From positions 1,354-65,353 of IMG/VR virus record IMGVR_UViG_3300033141_002949: a stretch of 64,000 bases of DNA. One strand, written 5' to 3'. Position numbers and translations under genes: made by a program. Shown in pieces: positions 47,466 to 55,548 of this stretch (position 1 is the first letter of the stretch; each line of letters opens with the position of its first letter). The notes beneath the pieces are model-generated. The model did not search any database, had not been told where the DNA came from, and was given only the letters and a program-made list of their open reading frames with translations. The DNA comes from a virus. Lineage: Duplodnaviria > Caudoviricetes.

Positions 47466-47669
47466 ATGCATTGGAGCGACGCGGAGCATTGGTGGGTATG
47501 TGATTGCGGGGCCGTGCTGCCCGACGCCCCACGCGGGGACCAAGGGCGCGGCCTTGTGCAGTGCCGACGGTGCGGCCAGTGGTGGCGGTTCGGCTACTGG
47601 CTGCTGAACCGCTGGCCCGGCGATAAGGGCAACACTGGTCTAGAACCCAGGCGGGCCATGATGTACTAG
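47466..47669 (+). CDS. small Zn-ribbon protein, paralogue A
   Basis: WWVCDCGAVLPDAPRGDQ..VQC..CG; GGAGG RBS. Confidence 0.6.
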   Translation: MHWSDAEHWWVCDCGAVLPDAPRGDQGRGLVQCRRCGQWWRFGYWLLNRWPGDKGNTGLEPRRAMMY

Positions 47670-47724
47670 CCGCTAGGGTGGCTCTGGCCTCTACCAGAGC
47701 CACCCCGCAAAGGAGGTTATCACC

Positions 47725-47949
47725 ATGCTACCGCCAGAAGTCCACACGTTCATTGGCCGCTACTACGGCCACCGCGCGCACCCGGTTGCCGTCGCCGTCG
47801 ATGGTGATGGCATCGAGTACATCATCACCAAGCAGAACGGCCATCGGACCATCGGGGCATATGCCCCAAATGGCACCTGGCGGACCCTAGCGCCGTCACA
47901 TGTGCCGGATGGTCTGGCTTGGTCGTTGTACTGGGTGCAACCGGTCTAG
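47725..47949 (+). CDS. hypothetical protein
   Basis: AAGGAGGT RBS; flanked by hairpins at 47676-47706 and 47956-47984. Confidence 0.6.
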   Translation: MLPPEVHTFIGRYYGHRAHPVAVAVDGDGIEYIITKQNGHRTIGAYAPNGTWRTLAPSHVPDGLAWSLYWVQPV

Positions 47950-48000
47950 GCCTTACCCCACGGGGGATATCATCCCCCGTGGGGAAGCAGAAAGGGGGTT

Positions 48001-48273
48001 ATGATGAGACTCACAGTCGATCAGTTGTTTGAGGCTGCTCGCATTCTGGATGCGGCGACCGGGCCGTCCATTCGCGTCGGTTACCAAGAGGTAGCCGGCG
48101 TCCCAGATGATGATAGATTCATCTGGGCGCGGGGCAACTGGGACCGTGCACGCGGGCAGTCGCTTGTCTTAGCGGTCTGGGTGCCGCAGGACGAGCAGGG
48201 GGGCGATGGTACTTGCCTCCTGTGGGATGATGGCGAAATCCTTGTCATCGACGAGGATGAAGACTCTGCATAA
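48001..48273 (+). CDS. hypothetical protein
   Basis: G-rich RBS; co-oriented with neighbours. Confidence 0.55.
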   Translation: MMRLTVDQLFEAARILDAATGPSIRVGYQEVAGVPDDDRFIWARGNWDRARGQSLVLAVWVPQDEQGGDGTCLLWDDGEILVIDEDEDSA

Positions 48274-48283
48274 GGAGGTCAGC

Positions 48284-48670
48284 GTGGAAATCTATGTCGA
48301 TGATTGGCCCTACCTCAACAGCTGGATTGTTCAGGAATACCACGATGTCATGCTGGTACTTCCTGCAACGCTTCCGCCGCAGCCGCCGGGCGAGCGTCCG
48401 CTATGGGCTGAGTTAGCTTCTCGCGCCGAGCGACGAATGGAACTACTCGGCTATAGAAACACGGCGGGCAAAGGAAACTGGGATGAAGGGGTTGCCATGT
48501 TTGAGCGAACCCATGCGCCAGCGACGTACAAAGACCTGTTATCTGAACTTGCCACAGGAGAAGAGGTGCGACATATACGAGCGCTAATCGACGCTCGGGG
48601 CGCAGAGTTGTCCGATCCGATTGCCCCGGACTTCTTCGACGTGCTCTCCGAAGAGGGCTACCCGGTCTAA
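48284..48670 (+). CDS. hypothetical protein
   Basis: TAAGGAGGT RBS and GTG start. Confidence 0.6.
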   Translation: MEIYVDDWPYLNSWIVQEYHDVMLVLPATLPPQPPGERPLWAELASRAERRMELLGYRNTAGKGNWDEGVAMFERTHAPATYKDLLSELATGEEVRHIRALIDARGAELSDPIAPDFFDVLSEEGYPV

Positions 48671-48727
48671 TCTGTCGAGGCGTTACGCCCTTGCAAGTCT
48701 GGACGGATTAACACAGAGAGGAGCAAC

Positions 48728-48934
48728 ATGACGTATCAGTATTGGGCGCACAAGCGTAGCGGAGAGGTCTACGCCGTGCGCTTGGAGCATGGCCGGGTCA
48801 CGGGCGTATGTGGGCCATTGCATCGCTCTGAGGCCGTCACAACAAACCTGCTCAACATGCACTATGACGACCACCCAGAGGATGTGGCGTGGCTACGCAA
48901 GGCCGACAACGACTTTGTACTGTACGAACCGTAA
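48728..48934 (+). CDS. hypothetical protein
   Basis: AGGAG RBS. Confidence 0.6.
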   Translation: MTYQYWAHKRSGEVYAVRLEHGRVTGVCGPLHRSEAVTTNLLNMHYDDHPEDVAWLRKADNDFVLYEP

Positions 48935-48944
48935 GGGGGGTAGC

Positions 48945-49136
48945 GTGGACAAATGGTGGGTATGTGATTGTGGGGCCGTGCTGCCCGACGCCCCGCGCGG
49001 GGACCAAAGCCGGGGTCTGGTGCAGTGCACCAAGTGTGGGGCCTGGTGGCGGTTCGACTACTGGCCTTCACGCGGGTGCCCTCGCTGGCCGGTTATGGAT
49101 GGTCCGGAGCCCAGGCTGGTTATTACAGGTGACTAG
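48945..49136 (+). CDS. small Zn-ribbon protein, paralogue B
   Basis: Near-identical N-terminal half to 47466-47669. Confidence 0.6.
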   Translation: MDKWWVCDCGAVLPDAPRGDQSRGLVQCTKCGAWWRFDYWPSRGCPRWPVMDGPEPRLVITGD

Positions 49137-49148
49137 AAAGGGGATGTG

Positions 49149-49412
49149 ATGGAACTCTACATTGTGTTTCGTAACCGTGGGGATTCTCTTTACTACGTGG
49201 CCCGCGTTAGCGACCGTGCGCGGTGCGTAGGCGGGCCTTTCGTGTACTTTGACGACGCACACACTGCCGCTGCGAGGTTGGCCAGCCCCGCAGCTGTCTA
49301 CGGTACTTGGCCGGCAGAGTTCGGACAGCGTGCGGCGGACTATGCCAGCGATCTGAATGTGGACGATCTGCCGCGCGATGCTTATATCGTTCGTCGCCAG
49401 AGAGGAGGCTAA
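49149..49412 (+). CDS. hypothetical protein
   Basis: Co-oriented and tightly packed. Confidence 0.5.
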   Translation: MELYIVFRNRGDSLYYVARVSDRARCVGGPFVYFDDAHTAAARLASPAAVYGTWPAEFGQRAADYASDLNVDDLPRDAYIVRRQRGG

Positions 49413-49413
49413 C

Positions 49414-49764
49414 ATGACAGGCGAGATGCACTGGGTAAACCAGGATGGAACAGACTCCAACGGTGATGTGTGGAAGATACACGCAGCGGTTGCCAAGGCC
49501 GTCGGTGGAAGGCTAATGCCTTTCGACGTGTACCAAGGCCCCTACATCGTGGTCGGCCCGGACCTGCGTGTGGGCAGAACACCCGTGAATGCGCGGCACT
49601 TGGGCATCGTGCGCCTTTGGCTGTACGTCAAAGACGACCTTGTAGGGGTCGTCTACCGCGAGGACACAGACACGTACCGAGAATACCTGCCTATAGACGA
49701 CGCGGATGAGGCCTGCAACGCTGCATATGATTTGCTTCAAGAGGAGGTGTCACTGACATGCTAG
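49414..49764 (+). CDS. hypothetical protein
   Basis: AGGAGG RBS. Confidence 0.6.
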   Translation: MTGEMHWVNQDGTDSNGDVWKIHAAVAKAVGGRLMPFDVYQGPYIVVGPDLRVGRTPVNARHLGIVRLWLYVKDDLVGVVYREDTDTYREYLPIDDADEACNAAYDLLQEEVSLTC

Positions 49765-50405
49765 TGACAATGGAGAACTCAGAGGTACGACTGTCCTTGT
49801 CTCCGGACTGTTTGGACGACGGACCGAGAAGGGAGTGGGATAACCTGGGCCACATGGTCTGCTGGCATAACCGCTACACGTTAGGAGATGAGGGGTTACC
49901 AGCGTCGCCGGAGGATTGGTTCTACGACATGGCCTGCGCTCTCCCCGGCGATTGCCGCAAGGCCGAGCGCCTGTGTGAGCAGGGCCGGCTTCAAGAGTAC
50001 GTTCTAGGGCACCCAGACTTGCTGTATCTGGACTTGTTCCTGTTCGACCACAGCGGACTTGCTATGTCCACGTCGTCTCGAACATTTCGAGCCTGTGACC
50101 CCCTTGGTTGGGATTGGGGACAGGTGGGTTACATCTACGTGACCAAGGACGAGCTACGCGCGGAGTTCGGCGTACAGCGGTTGAGCAAAGCGCGATTGAA
50201 GCAGGCTGAAGAGATACTGAGGCAGGAGGTCGCCGTTTATAATATGTGGCTGCAAGGCGACGTATGGGCGTACACCATCGAGTCGCGGAGCACAGGGGAG
50301 ATACTGGACTCCTGCGGCGGCTGCTATGGAATCGATGCTCTCCGATTCCAAGTGCCTGAAGAATATCACGATCTATTGGAGGAGGTGTTAGAGTGCGCAA
50401 TCTAG
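49758..50405 (+). CDS. conserved hypothetical protein of mobile elements
   Basis: PRREWDNLG.MVCWH.RY.LGD, DHSG, WDWGQVGYIY, DSCGG motifs. Confidence 0.75.
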   Translation: MLVTMENSEVRLSLSPDCLDDGPRREWDNLGHMVCWHNRYTLGDEGLPASPEDWFYDMACALPGDCRKAERLCEQGRLQEYVLGHPDLLYLDLFLFDHSGLAMSTSSRTFRACDPLGWDWGQVGYIYVTKDELRAEFGVQRLSKARLKQAEEILRQEVAVYNMWLQGDVWAYTIESRSTGEILDSCGGCYGIDALRFQVPEEYHDLLEEVLECAI

Positions 50406-50662
50406 GTGCTTTTTTGGCAGCGTCCGTCCCTCTTCGAATCACGGACTTGCAAGAGCGGGGCGGGCCTGGACCGGAGGAGTGGGCCTGGGCTGTCGACTTC
50501 GGAGAGGCGTTGACCTACCAGAGAGATGTATTGCTCTTTGGGGACGCGCGACGCGCGTCCGGATTGGCAAACGACCTCTCCCGTGCCGTGGCGATACTGG
50601 CCTTCGCTCCGGGCGGTGTGTCTGTCTTTGGACAGCACTTTGAGGCCAAGAAGGAGGGTTGA
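50393..50662 (+). CDS. hypothetical protein
   Basis: GGAGGAGG RBS; LAFAPGGVSVFG.HF. Confidence 0.6.
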   Translation: MRNLGAFLAASVPLRITDLQERGGPGPEEWAWAVDFGEALTYQRDVLLFGDARRASGLANDLSRAVAILAFAPGGVSVFGQHFEAKKEG

Positions 50663-50875
50663 CGTGATTACTCTGACGGTCACAGAGCAAGAGTATCGAA
50701 CAATCCTGGCCGCGCTGCATATGTGGCAGGATGCCCGCCGTGGGGCGATGAGCCACAGCCTGAACGACGCGCAGCACATCAGTAGGCTATGGAGCATAGC
50801 CACGGCGCACGGGCAGATCATGGGCCTAACCCCTACCGAGGGGAACGCCCTTATAGCCTCACTGGAGGCGCAAAA

Positions 50876-51739
50876 ATGTTCTATGAGACGCGAGTAGATC
50901 GCGGAGACGATGGTATGTTGCGCTTGAGGACCCCTTACAATCCGGCATTGGTTGCCGCACTGAAGGCCGCCGTGCCCACCTCCGAGCGCAAGTGGAACCG
51001 CTTTGACAAGGTGTGGGAGGTGCACCCCCGGCACGCACGAACGCTTGAACAGTTGGTCCGTCGGCATTTGGGGGAGGAGCTACAGATTCCCAAAGAGTAC
51101 ACCGTCGAGCGCCAACCGAGTAAGATGTCCATAGACTTGCACTACCTGGGGGCCTGTCGGGACCGTGGCGGCGGCGAGTCGGCGGCTTATGGTTGGGATG
51201 GTCGTGATTGGCGCTACGTCATATCGGAGAGCGTGCTGCGCTCTTGGTTCGGCGCTCCCGCATCGCCCGACGATGCCGTAAGTCTGTATGCGGTACTTGG
51301 TGTCCGGCAGGGGGTGGGCGCCGACGTTCTCCGAAAGGCGTACCGGCGCATCGCCTTTCAGTGGCACCCTGACAGGTGCAAGGAGCCGGACGCCAAAGAG
51401 CAGTTCCAAGCCGTGCAGCACGCCTATGAGGTGTTGAGCGACCCCGTGCAGCGTGCCAAGTACGACGCTGGACTCGCCCTGGCCGCGACTGTGACAGACA
51501 GCGGGCGTCCCGTGGCGCGCACGCGCGGGTACCGCGCGCCCTTGCGCACAGGGAGATTGGAGGTGATGGCCTTGGAGATGGGCGACAAGGTGATCGTGCA
51601 TGACATCCTAGATTGGCAGGACATACAAGACGCACAGGGGCGGACGCTCTACGCAGAGTGGGATACGCGAATGCAGGAAGTTGTCGAGCTGTGGGTGCCT
51701 GCTCCCCCTGTGCCCGGCACGACCGGGCCGAGTATGTGA
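50876..51739 (+). CDS. DnaJ (J-domain) protein with HARP-like N-terminal region
   Basis: LYAVLGV..RKAYRR...WHPDR...AYEVLSDP..RAKYD. Confidence 0.85.
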   Translation: MFYETRVDRGDDGMLRLRTPYNPALVAALKAAVPTSERKWNRFDKVWEVHPRHARTLEQLVRRHLGEELQIPKEYTVERQPSKMSIDLHYLGACRDRGGGESAAYGWDGRDWRYVISESVLRSWFGAPASPDDAVSLYAVLGVRQGVGADVLRKAYRRIAFQWHPDRCKEPDAKEQFQAVQHAYEVLSDPVQRAKYDAGLALAATVTDSGRPVARTRGYRAPLRTGRLEVMALEMGDKVIVHDILDWQDIQDAQGRTLYAEWDTRMQEVVELWVPAPPVPGTTGPSM

Positions 51740-51760
51740 AACTAGCAAAGGAGTGGCTAA

Positions 51761-52321
51761 ATGGAACTCGCAATCGTTCCGGGCAGCATCGCTGATGTAG
51801 CCAAGGCCGAGGGCCGCAGCGTCGCTGAGAGCTTTATATCCTGTGACGCTGTGATCGTGTTCGACTCGTCGGGGTCGATGGCTACACGCGATGCGCGTAA
51901 CGGTCGGGCGCGGTACGACGTGGCCTGCGAGGAATTGCGCGCGTTGCAGGAGCGCCTGCCGGGGAAGCTGGCGGTAGTCGCCTTCTCGGATTCGGTGATT
52001 TTCGTGCCCGGCGGGGAGCCGCCCCTGTTGGGCGGCGGGACGGACTTGACTCAAGCGTTGCGTTTCGTCAAAGTCGCCGACGTAGCGGGCATTCGGATTA
52101 TCGTAGTCTCCGATGGCGAGCCGAACGACCCCGTGAGCGCCCTGCATGTAGCGGAGGAGTTCTCGGGCCGTATAGACACGGTGTACGTTGGCCCAGAGGA
52201 GATGCCATGGGGTCGGGATTTCCTTCAGCAACTCTCCCGTGCGCATAGAGGGGCGATGTACGTCGCCGACCGTGCGAACGAGCTCGCAGACAAGGTGCAG
52301 TTACTGTTGGAAGGAGCGTAG
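51761..52321 (+). CDS. von Willebrand factor A domain protein
   Basis: DSSGSM MIDAS, GGT, VSDGEP. Confidence 0.88.
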   Translation: MELAIVPGSIADVAKAEGRSVAESFISCDAVIVFDSSGSMATRDARNGRARYDVACEELRALQERLPGKLAVVAFSDSVIFVPGGEPPLLGGGTDLTQALRFVKVADVAGIRIIVVSDGEPNDPVSALHVAEEFSGRIDTVYVGPEEMPWGRDFLQQLSRAHRGAMYVADRANELADKVQLLLEGA

Positions 52322-52322
52322 C

Positions 52323-52760
52323 ATGGCAGTTCACTATCTAGAGCACATGGACATCTTCCGTATGATTCATCCCCGTGTCATCCCTGTGAACTGCGTTGGC
52401 TCCTGCGGCACAGGCATTGCCAGGCAGTTCGCATTGCAAGAGCCACGGTTGGCGTTGGCCTTTGCAGGCTACGTCAAGGAGCATGGCTTTCACCCTGGGG
52501 ATTGCCTGTATCTGCCCTGGGATGTCGGCTACGTCTTCATGGCTACCAAGAACGCGCCGTGGAACCCGAGTACGATGTCCTGGGTGCGTCAAGGGTTGGA
52601 GACCCTGCGGGAGCGTGCCCCTGTGTGGAGGTTGTCCAACGTGGCCCTGCCCAGAGTGGGGTGCGGGTGCGGTGGGTTGGATTGGAAGAATGTCAAGCCG
52701 GTGGTAGAGGAGGTGTTGGGTCCGTCGGATGTGACGGTGTGGGTATGCTTGTACCCGTAG
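52323..52760 (+). CDS. macrodomain protein (DarG/TARG1-like ADP-ribose hydrolase fold)
   Basis: PVNCVGSCGTGIARQF, ATK, ALPRVGCGCGGLDW. Confidence 0.85.
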   Translation: MAVHYLEHMDIFRMIHPRVIPVNCVGSCGTGIARQFALQEPRLALAFAGYVKEHGFHPGDCLYLPWDVGYVFMATKNAPWNPSTMSWVRQGLETLRERAPVWRLSNVALPRVGCGCGGLDWKNVKPVVEEVLGPSDVTVWVCLYP

Positions 52761-52764
52761 GGTG

Positions 52765-52835
52765 TCGGGGGGTGTGCGGAGGCTGATACACACCCCCCAC
52801 CTCGCCACACGCACAGTGAGCAGGAGGTCTCACAT
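52765..52835 (-). ncRNA. putative small RNA with two CCUCC-loop hairpins
   Basis: GUGAG-ACCUCCUG-CUCAC and GGGGGGUGUG-UAUCAGCCUCCG-CACACCCCCC directly downstream of a strong minus-strand promoter. Confidence 0.55.
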
Positions 52836-52839
52836 CCCC

Positions 52840-52868
52840 AGTATACGTGGAATCAGCCGTGGTGTCAA
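52840..52868 (-). promoter_or_regulatory. near-consensus sigma70 promoter, antisense to the surrounding genes
   Basis: TTGACA-17 bp-TATACT on the minus strand. Confidence 0.8.
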
Positions 52869-52886
52869 GAGGAGAGGAGGTCTTCA

Positions 52887-53402
52887 ATGAACGAAGGTGT
52901 AGTCATAGTCGTTCACGACGGGCGCGTCGAGCGCGTACACATGGACAGCCAAAGTCCCGTAGTCGTCGTAGACCTCGACGACGCGGCTTTCGGGGACAAC
53001 TACGTGTACGAGCCACAGGTTCAGTCGTTGGAAAGTCTTTGCACGAAATACCGCTTGGCCGTCAACAGGTACTTTTTCCTGTCTGGGGACGACGTGAAGA
53101 TTTCCGATGAGGTACGCGCTCTCATGAATGTGTACTCTCACGTGACGACAAAACCTGTCGAATACGATCTGGACGACTGGTACACGATTGTAGACTGGCT
53201 CGTTTGGTCCAAGCTGAAAGAGATGGTGGGAGAGGATGAAGAAACGCAACTGGATACGTTGGCGTTTATTGCCAAGGCGTTGCAGGATATGCGCTGGCTT
53301 GCGGAGCATGGCGCGCGGCTGAAAGAGAAGAGGCGGGAGAAGCTATGGTCACGACCTGACGACTGTGGAGAAAGGAGGAAGGTGCATTCCCCTGTCGCCT
53401 AA
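52887..53402 (+). CDS. hypothetical protein
   Basis: AGGAGGT RBS; stop codon lies in the IS-end hairpin. Confidence 0.65.
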   Translation: MNEGVVIVVHDGRVERVHMDSQSPVVVVDLDDAAFGDNYVYEPQVQSLESLCTKYRLAVNRYFFLSGDDVKISDEVRALMNVYSHVTTKPVEYDLDDWYTIVDWLVWSKLKEMVGEDEETQLDTLAFIAKALQDMRWLAEHGARLKEKRREKLWSRPDDCGERRKVHSPVA

Positions 53403-53430
53403 AGACGGCGGTTTCCTGCACCGATTTTCT
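53372..53430 (-). mobile_element. orphan left end of the same IS200/IS605-type element
   Basis: 57/63 identity (counting the flanking ATGA) with 29240-29178; again abuts ATGA. Confidence 0.75.
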
Positions 53431-53952
53431 ATGAAAGTTGATGCCGCGATATGGTCCGCTGAGAGGGCACTGGAGGCGCGCGGCTATCGTATAATGCCTA
53501 TTGACCCTGTGGACCCCTCACTGTGGGCCTACACACGTTATGACCGACGGCACGTCTACGTGCGTCCCGACCTGTCGGAGCGCGAGACCCTTCTGGCCTT
53601 ACTACACGAGATGGGGCACGTAGAGTTGCACGCGGGCACAGACAGAAGCAAGATTGCGACGTACCTTCGAGATGTGGAGGCGGAACTGACGGCGATGCGT
53701 ATGCTGCGCCTGTTACGTCAAACGTCCAACGGCATCTCGATGGACTATCTCAAAAACGAAACCGCCGGCCATGGAGACGTTCTCTCCATCGTGCTGACGT
53801 TGGACGCCGACCGTTTGGAGCGAGCTGCCGCGCGTCTGGTAGGTGGGATGTGGGCCTGCTATCTGCCCAGGATGCTTTGGGAGCAGTTGACAAGAAGCCG
53901 AAAGTATGCTACACTTTCTTTAGTGGACAGTGGTCAGGAGGAGGAGGCATAA
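53431..53952 (+). CDS. ImmA/IrrE-like zinc metallopeptidase
   Basis: LLHEMGHVELH...VEAE. Confidence 0.75.
   Translation: MKVDAAIWSAERALEARGYRIMPIDPVDPSLWAYTRYDRRHVYVRPDLSERETLLALLHEMGHVELHAGTDRSKIATYLRDVEAELTAMRMLRLLRQTSNGISMDYLKNETAGHGDVLSIVLTLDADRLERAAARLVGGMWACYLPRMLWEQLTRSRKYATLSLVDSGQEEEA
53887..53915 (+). promoter_or_regulatory. sigma70-type promoter
   Basis: TTGACA-17 bp-TACACT with extended TG. Confidence 0.7.
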
Positions 53953-54749
53953 TGGGCCGCGTCTACATCGTAGGCCGCGTGCTCGACGCTTTCGACGAGC
54001 AGGCGGCGAAGTTAGTACCCCGACCCCGCGAACTGTTATCCCATGTGCTCGTGTCCAGACATCACGTCCTGGACGAGACCAACCGTGCTATCGCCGCGCG
54101 GTACGATAACACCCCGCTTGAACTCTTGCGCTCCGCGCGTGTAGAGCGCGCCGCGCAGTACGTGGTGCGCGATCTCTGTTGGGCGCTCAATCTACGCAGT
54201 CACAGCGTTGCTACGTTCATCGTAGAGGACACCATTCCCATTCTCCACGTTATGCCGGACGAGTTAGGCGATGTTGTGGATTTTGGCGGCAAGATACCCA
54301 GCCGTCCGCAGGTGGGTCTGGACGCACACCTGTACCGCGCTATACAGCGGCGCATAGAGGTGTGCAGGCTCCCTGACCAATCCCGTGACGAAAACATCTC
54401 CGTTCAGGAGTACGTTACGGCCCTCGTGCAGAGCATTCCCCCAGAGAACTTACTGAGTTATCTAAACTCCGATGACTTTATGGAGTGGCGCAAGGCACGC
54501 GCCGGCGTGAAGTACCGTGCCGTTCCCGTGTCGCGCACGATCTACATCGCGTTGAGGCACATAAAGACGGAGTTGAACATACCCATGTCGCAGATGCTCT
54601 CCTACTTGGTGGAAAAGGATCTGAAGGCCACCGAGGTCGCAGTGAGTATGAGTGAGGGCGGGATACCTGAGGATGTTCGCAAGTATTGGATACGAGAGGT
54701 GAAAACGCTTCTGAACATTGACGAGGAGCGCGGCGTGCGATGGGAATGA
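53952..54749 (+). CDS. hypothetical protein, possible DNA-binding regulator
   Basis: Strong GGAGGAGG RBS; ribbon-helix-helix-like C-terminal segment. Confidence 0.65.
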   Translation: MGRVYIVGRVLDAFDEQAAKLVPRPRELLSHVLVSRHHVLDETNRAIAARYDNTPLELLRSARVERAAQYVVRDLCWALNLRSHSVATFIVEDTIPILHVMPDELGDVVDFGGKIPSRPQVGLDAHLYRAIQRRIEVCRLPDQSRDENISVQEYVTALVQSIPPENLLSYLNSDDFMEWRKARAGVKYRAVPVSRTIYIALRHIKTELNIPMSQMLSYLVEKDLKATEVAVSMSEGGIPEDVRKYWIREVKTLLNIDEERGVRWE

Positions 54750-54970
54750 CGGACATCTGTCTTGGACCGGTAATAGTCGCCACTGTTGGATTGGCCGTCT
54801 CGCTGGTTCGGGCTTTGGATACGCCAGAGCACAACGCTGGGGATTTGGAACCCGCCGGGGGTGACGATCCGGATTTCTACGTCTACTCTGAGGAGGGGGT
54901 TAGGAAGGTCGCCTACAAAGGAAGTCCGATGTACGGTGCGATCCAAGCCTCTCTACGTCGTAGGAGGTAA
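54746..54970 (+). CDS. small membrane protein
   Basis: ATGA overlap; N-terminal TM. Confidence 0.5.
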   Translation: MTDICLGPVIVATVGLAVSLVRALDTPEHNAGDLEPAGGDDPDFYVYSEEGVRKVAYKGSPMYGAIQASLRRRR

Positions 54971-54972
54971 AC

Positions 54973-55260
54973 GTGCGCCTAGATACATCGTTCGTGCGCC
55001 GCATGTTCGCCCTGGGCAACCATAAGAGGTTGCGCATCCTGGCGCTCCTCGCGGAACGCCCCAGGACGCACAGGGAGATATTGATGAATCTGCGCAGCAT
55101 CACCGACGCGGGGTACCACCTGCGGCTCCTACAGCGTTTGAGCATCATAAACAAGGACGCATCAGACCCTCACGATGTCGTGTACTCGCTGCGGCCTGAG
55201 GCTATTGAGCACGTGATCCTTGCATTGGAAGAGTTCTTAGAGGAGGTCAAACATGAATAG
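54973..55260 (+). CDS. ArsR-like winged HTH regulator
   Basis: ALGNHKRLRILALL...YHLRLL...YSL. Confidence 0.75.
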   Translation: MRLDTSFVRRMFALGNHKRLRILALLAERPRTHREILMNLRSITDAGYHLRLLQRLSIINKDASDPHDVVYSLRPEAIEHVILALEEFLEEVKHE

Positions 55261-55465
55261 GACGGCATTGCAGGAGATGATTTGGGAGCAGTACAGCGCA
55301 CAGACCAGCACAGTAGAGGAATACCTTCGGCTTGGCAACTCTGCGGAGTGCTACGTGCAGGACCTAACAACGTTCTGCGCCGAAGGCCTCGACGAGGAGG
55401 AGCGCGCGTTCGTCGAGGCACGAGTGCGTGAACTCGTCGAGGGTGATCTGCGTCAGATCGACTAG
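55253..55465 (+). CDS. hypothetical protein
   Basis: AGGAGGT RBS. Confidence 0.6.
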   Translation: MNRTALQEMIWEQYSAQTSTVEEYLRLGNSAECYVQDLTTFCAEGLDEEERAFVEARVRELVEGDLRQID

Positions 55466-55548
55466 CCCAGTACGGCAGGGGGCGAGGCTCGTGGACTACC
55501 ATGAGCCTCGCAAGCCTGGGTGGGTTAGCAGAGACGAGGAGGCTAAAT

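Noticed and set aside
47490-49070. Diversity-generating retroelement TR/VR pair
   Set aside because: Differences between the two copies are not adenine-specific and no reverse transcriptase is visible in the window
52887-53430. ORF 52887-53402 as cargo of a complete IS element
   Set aside because: No matching GTCAACTACC-hairpin partner end was found upstream
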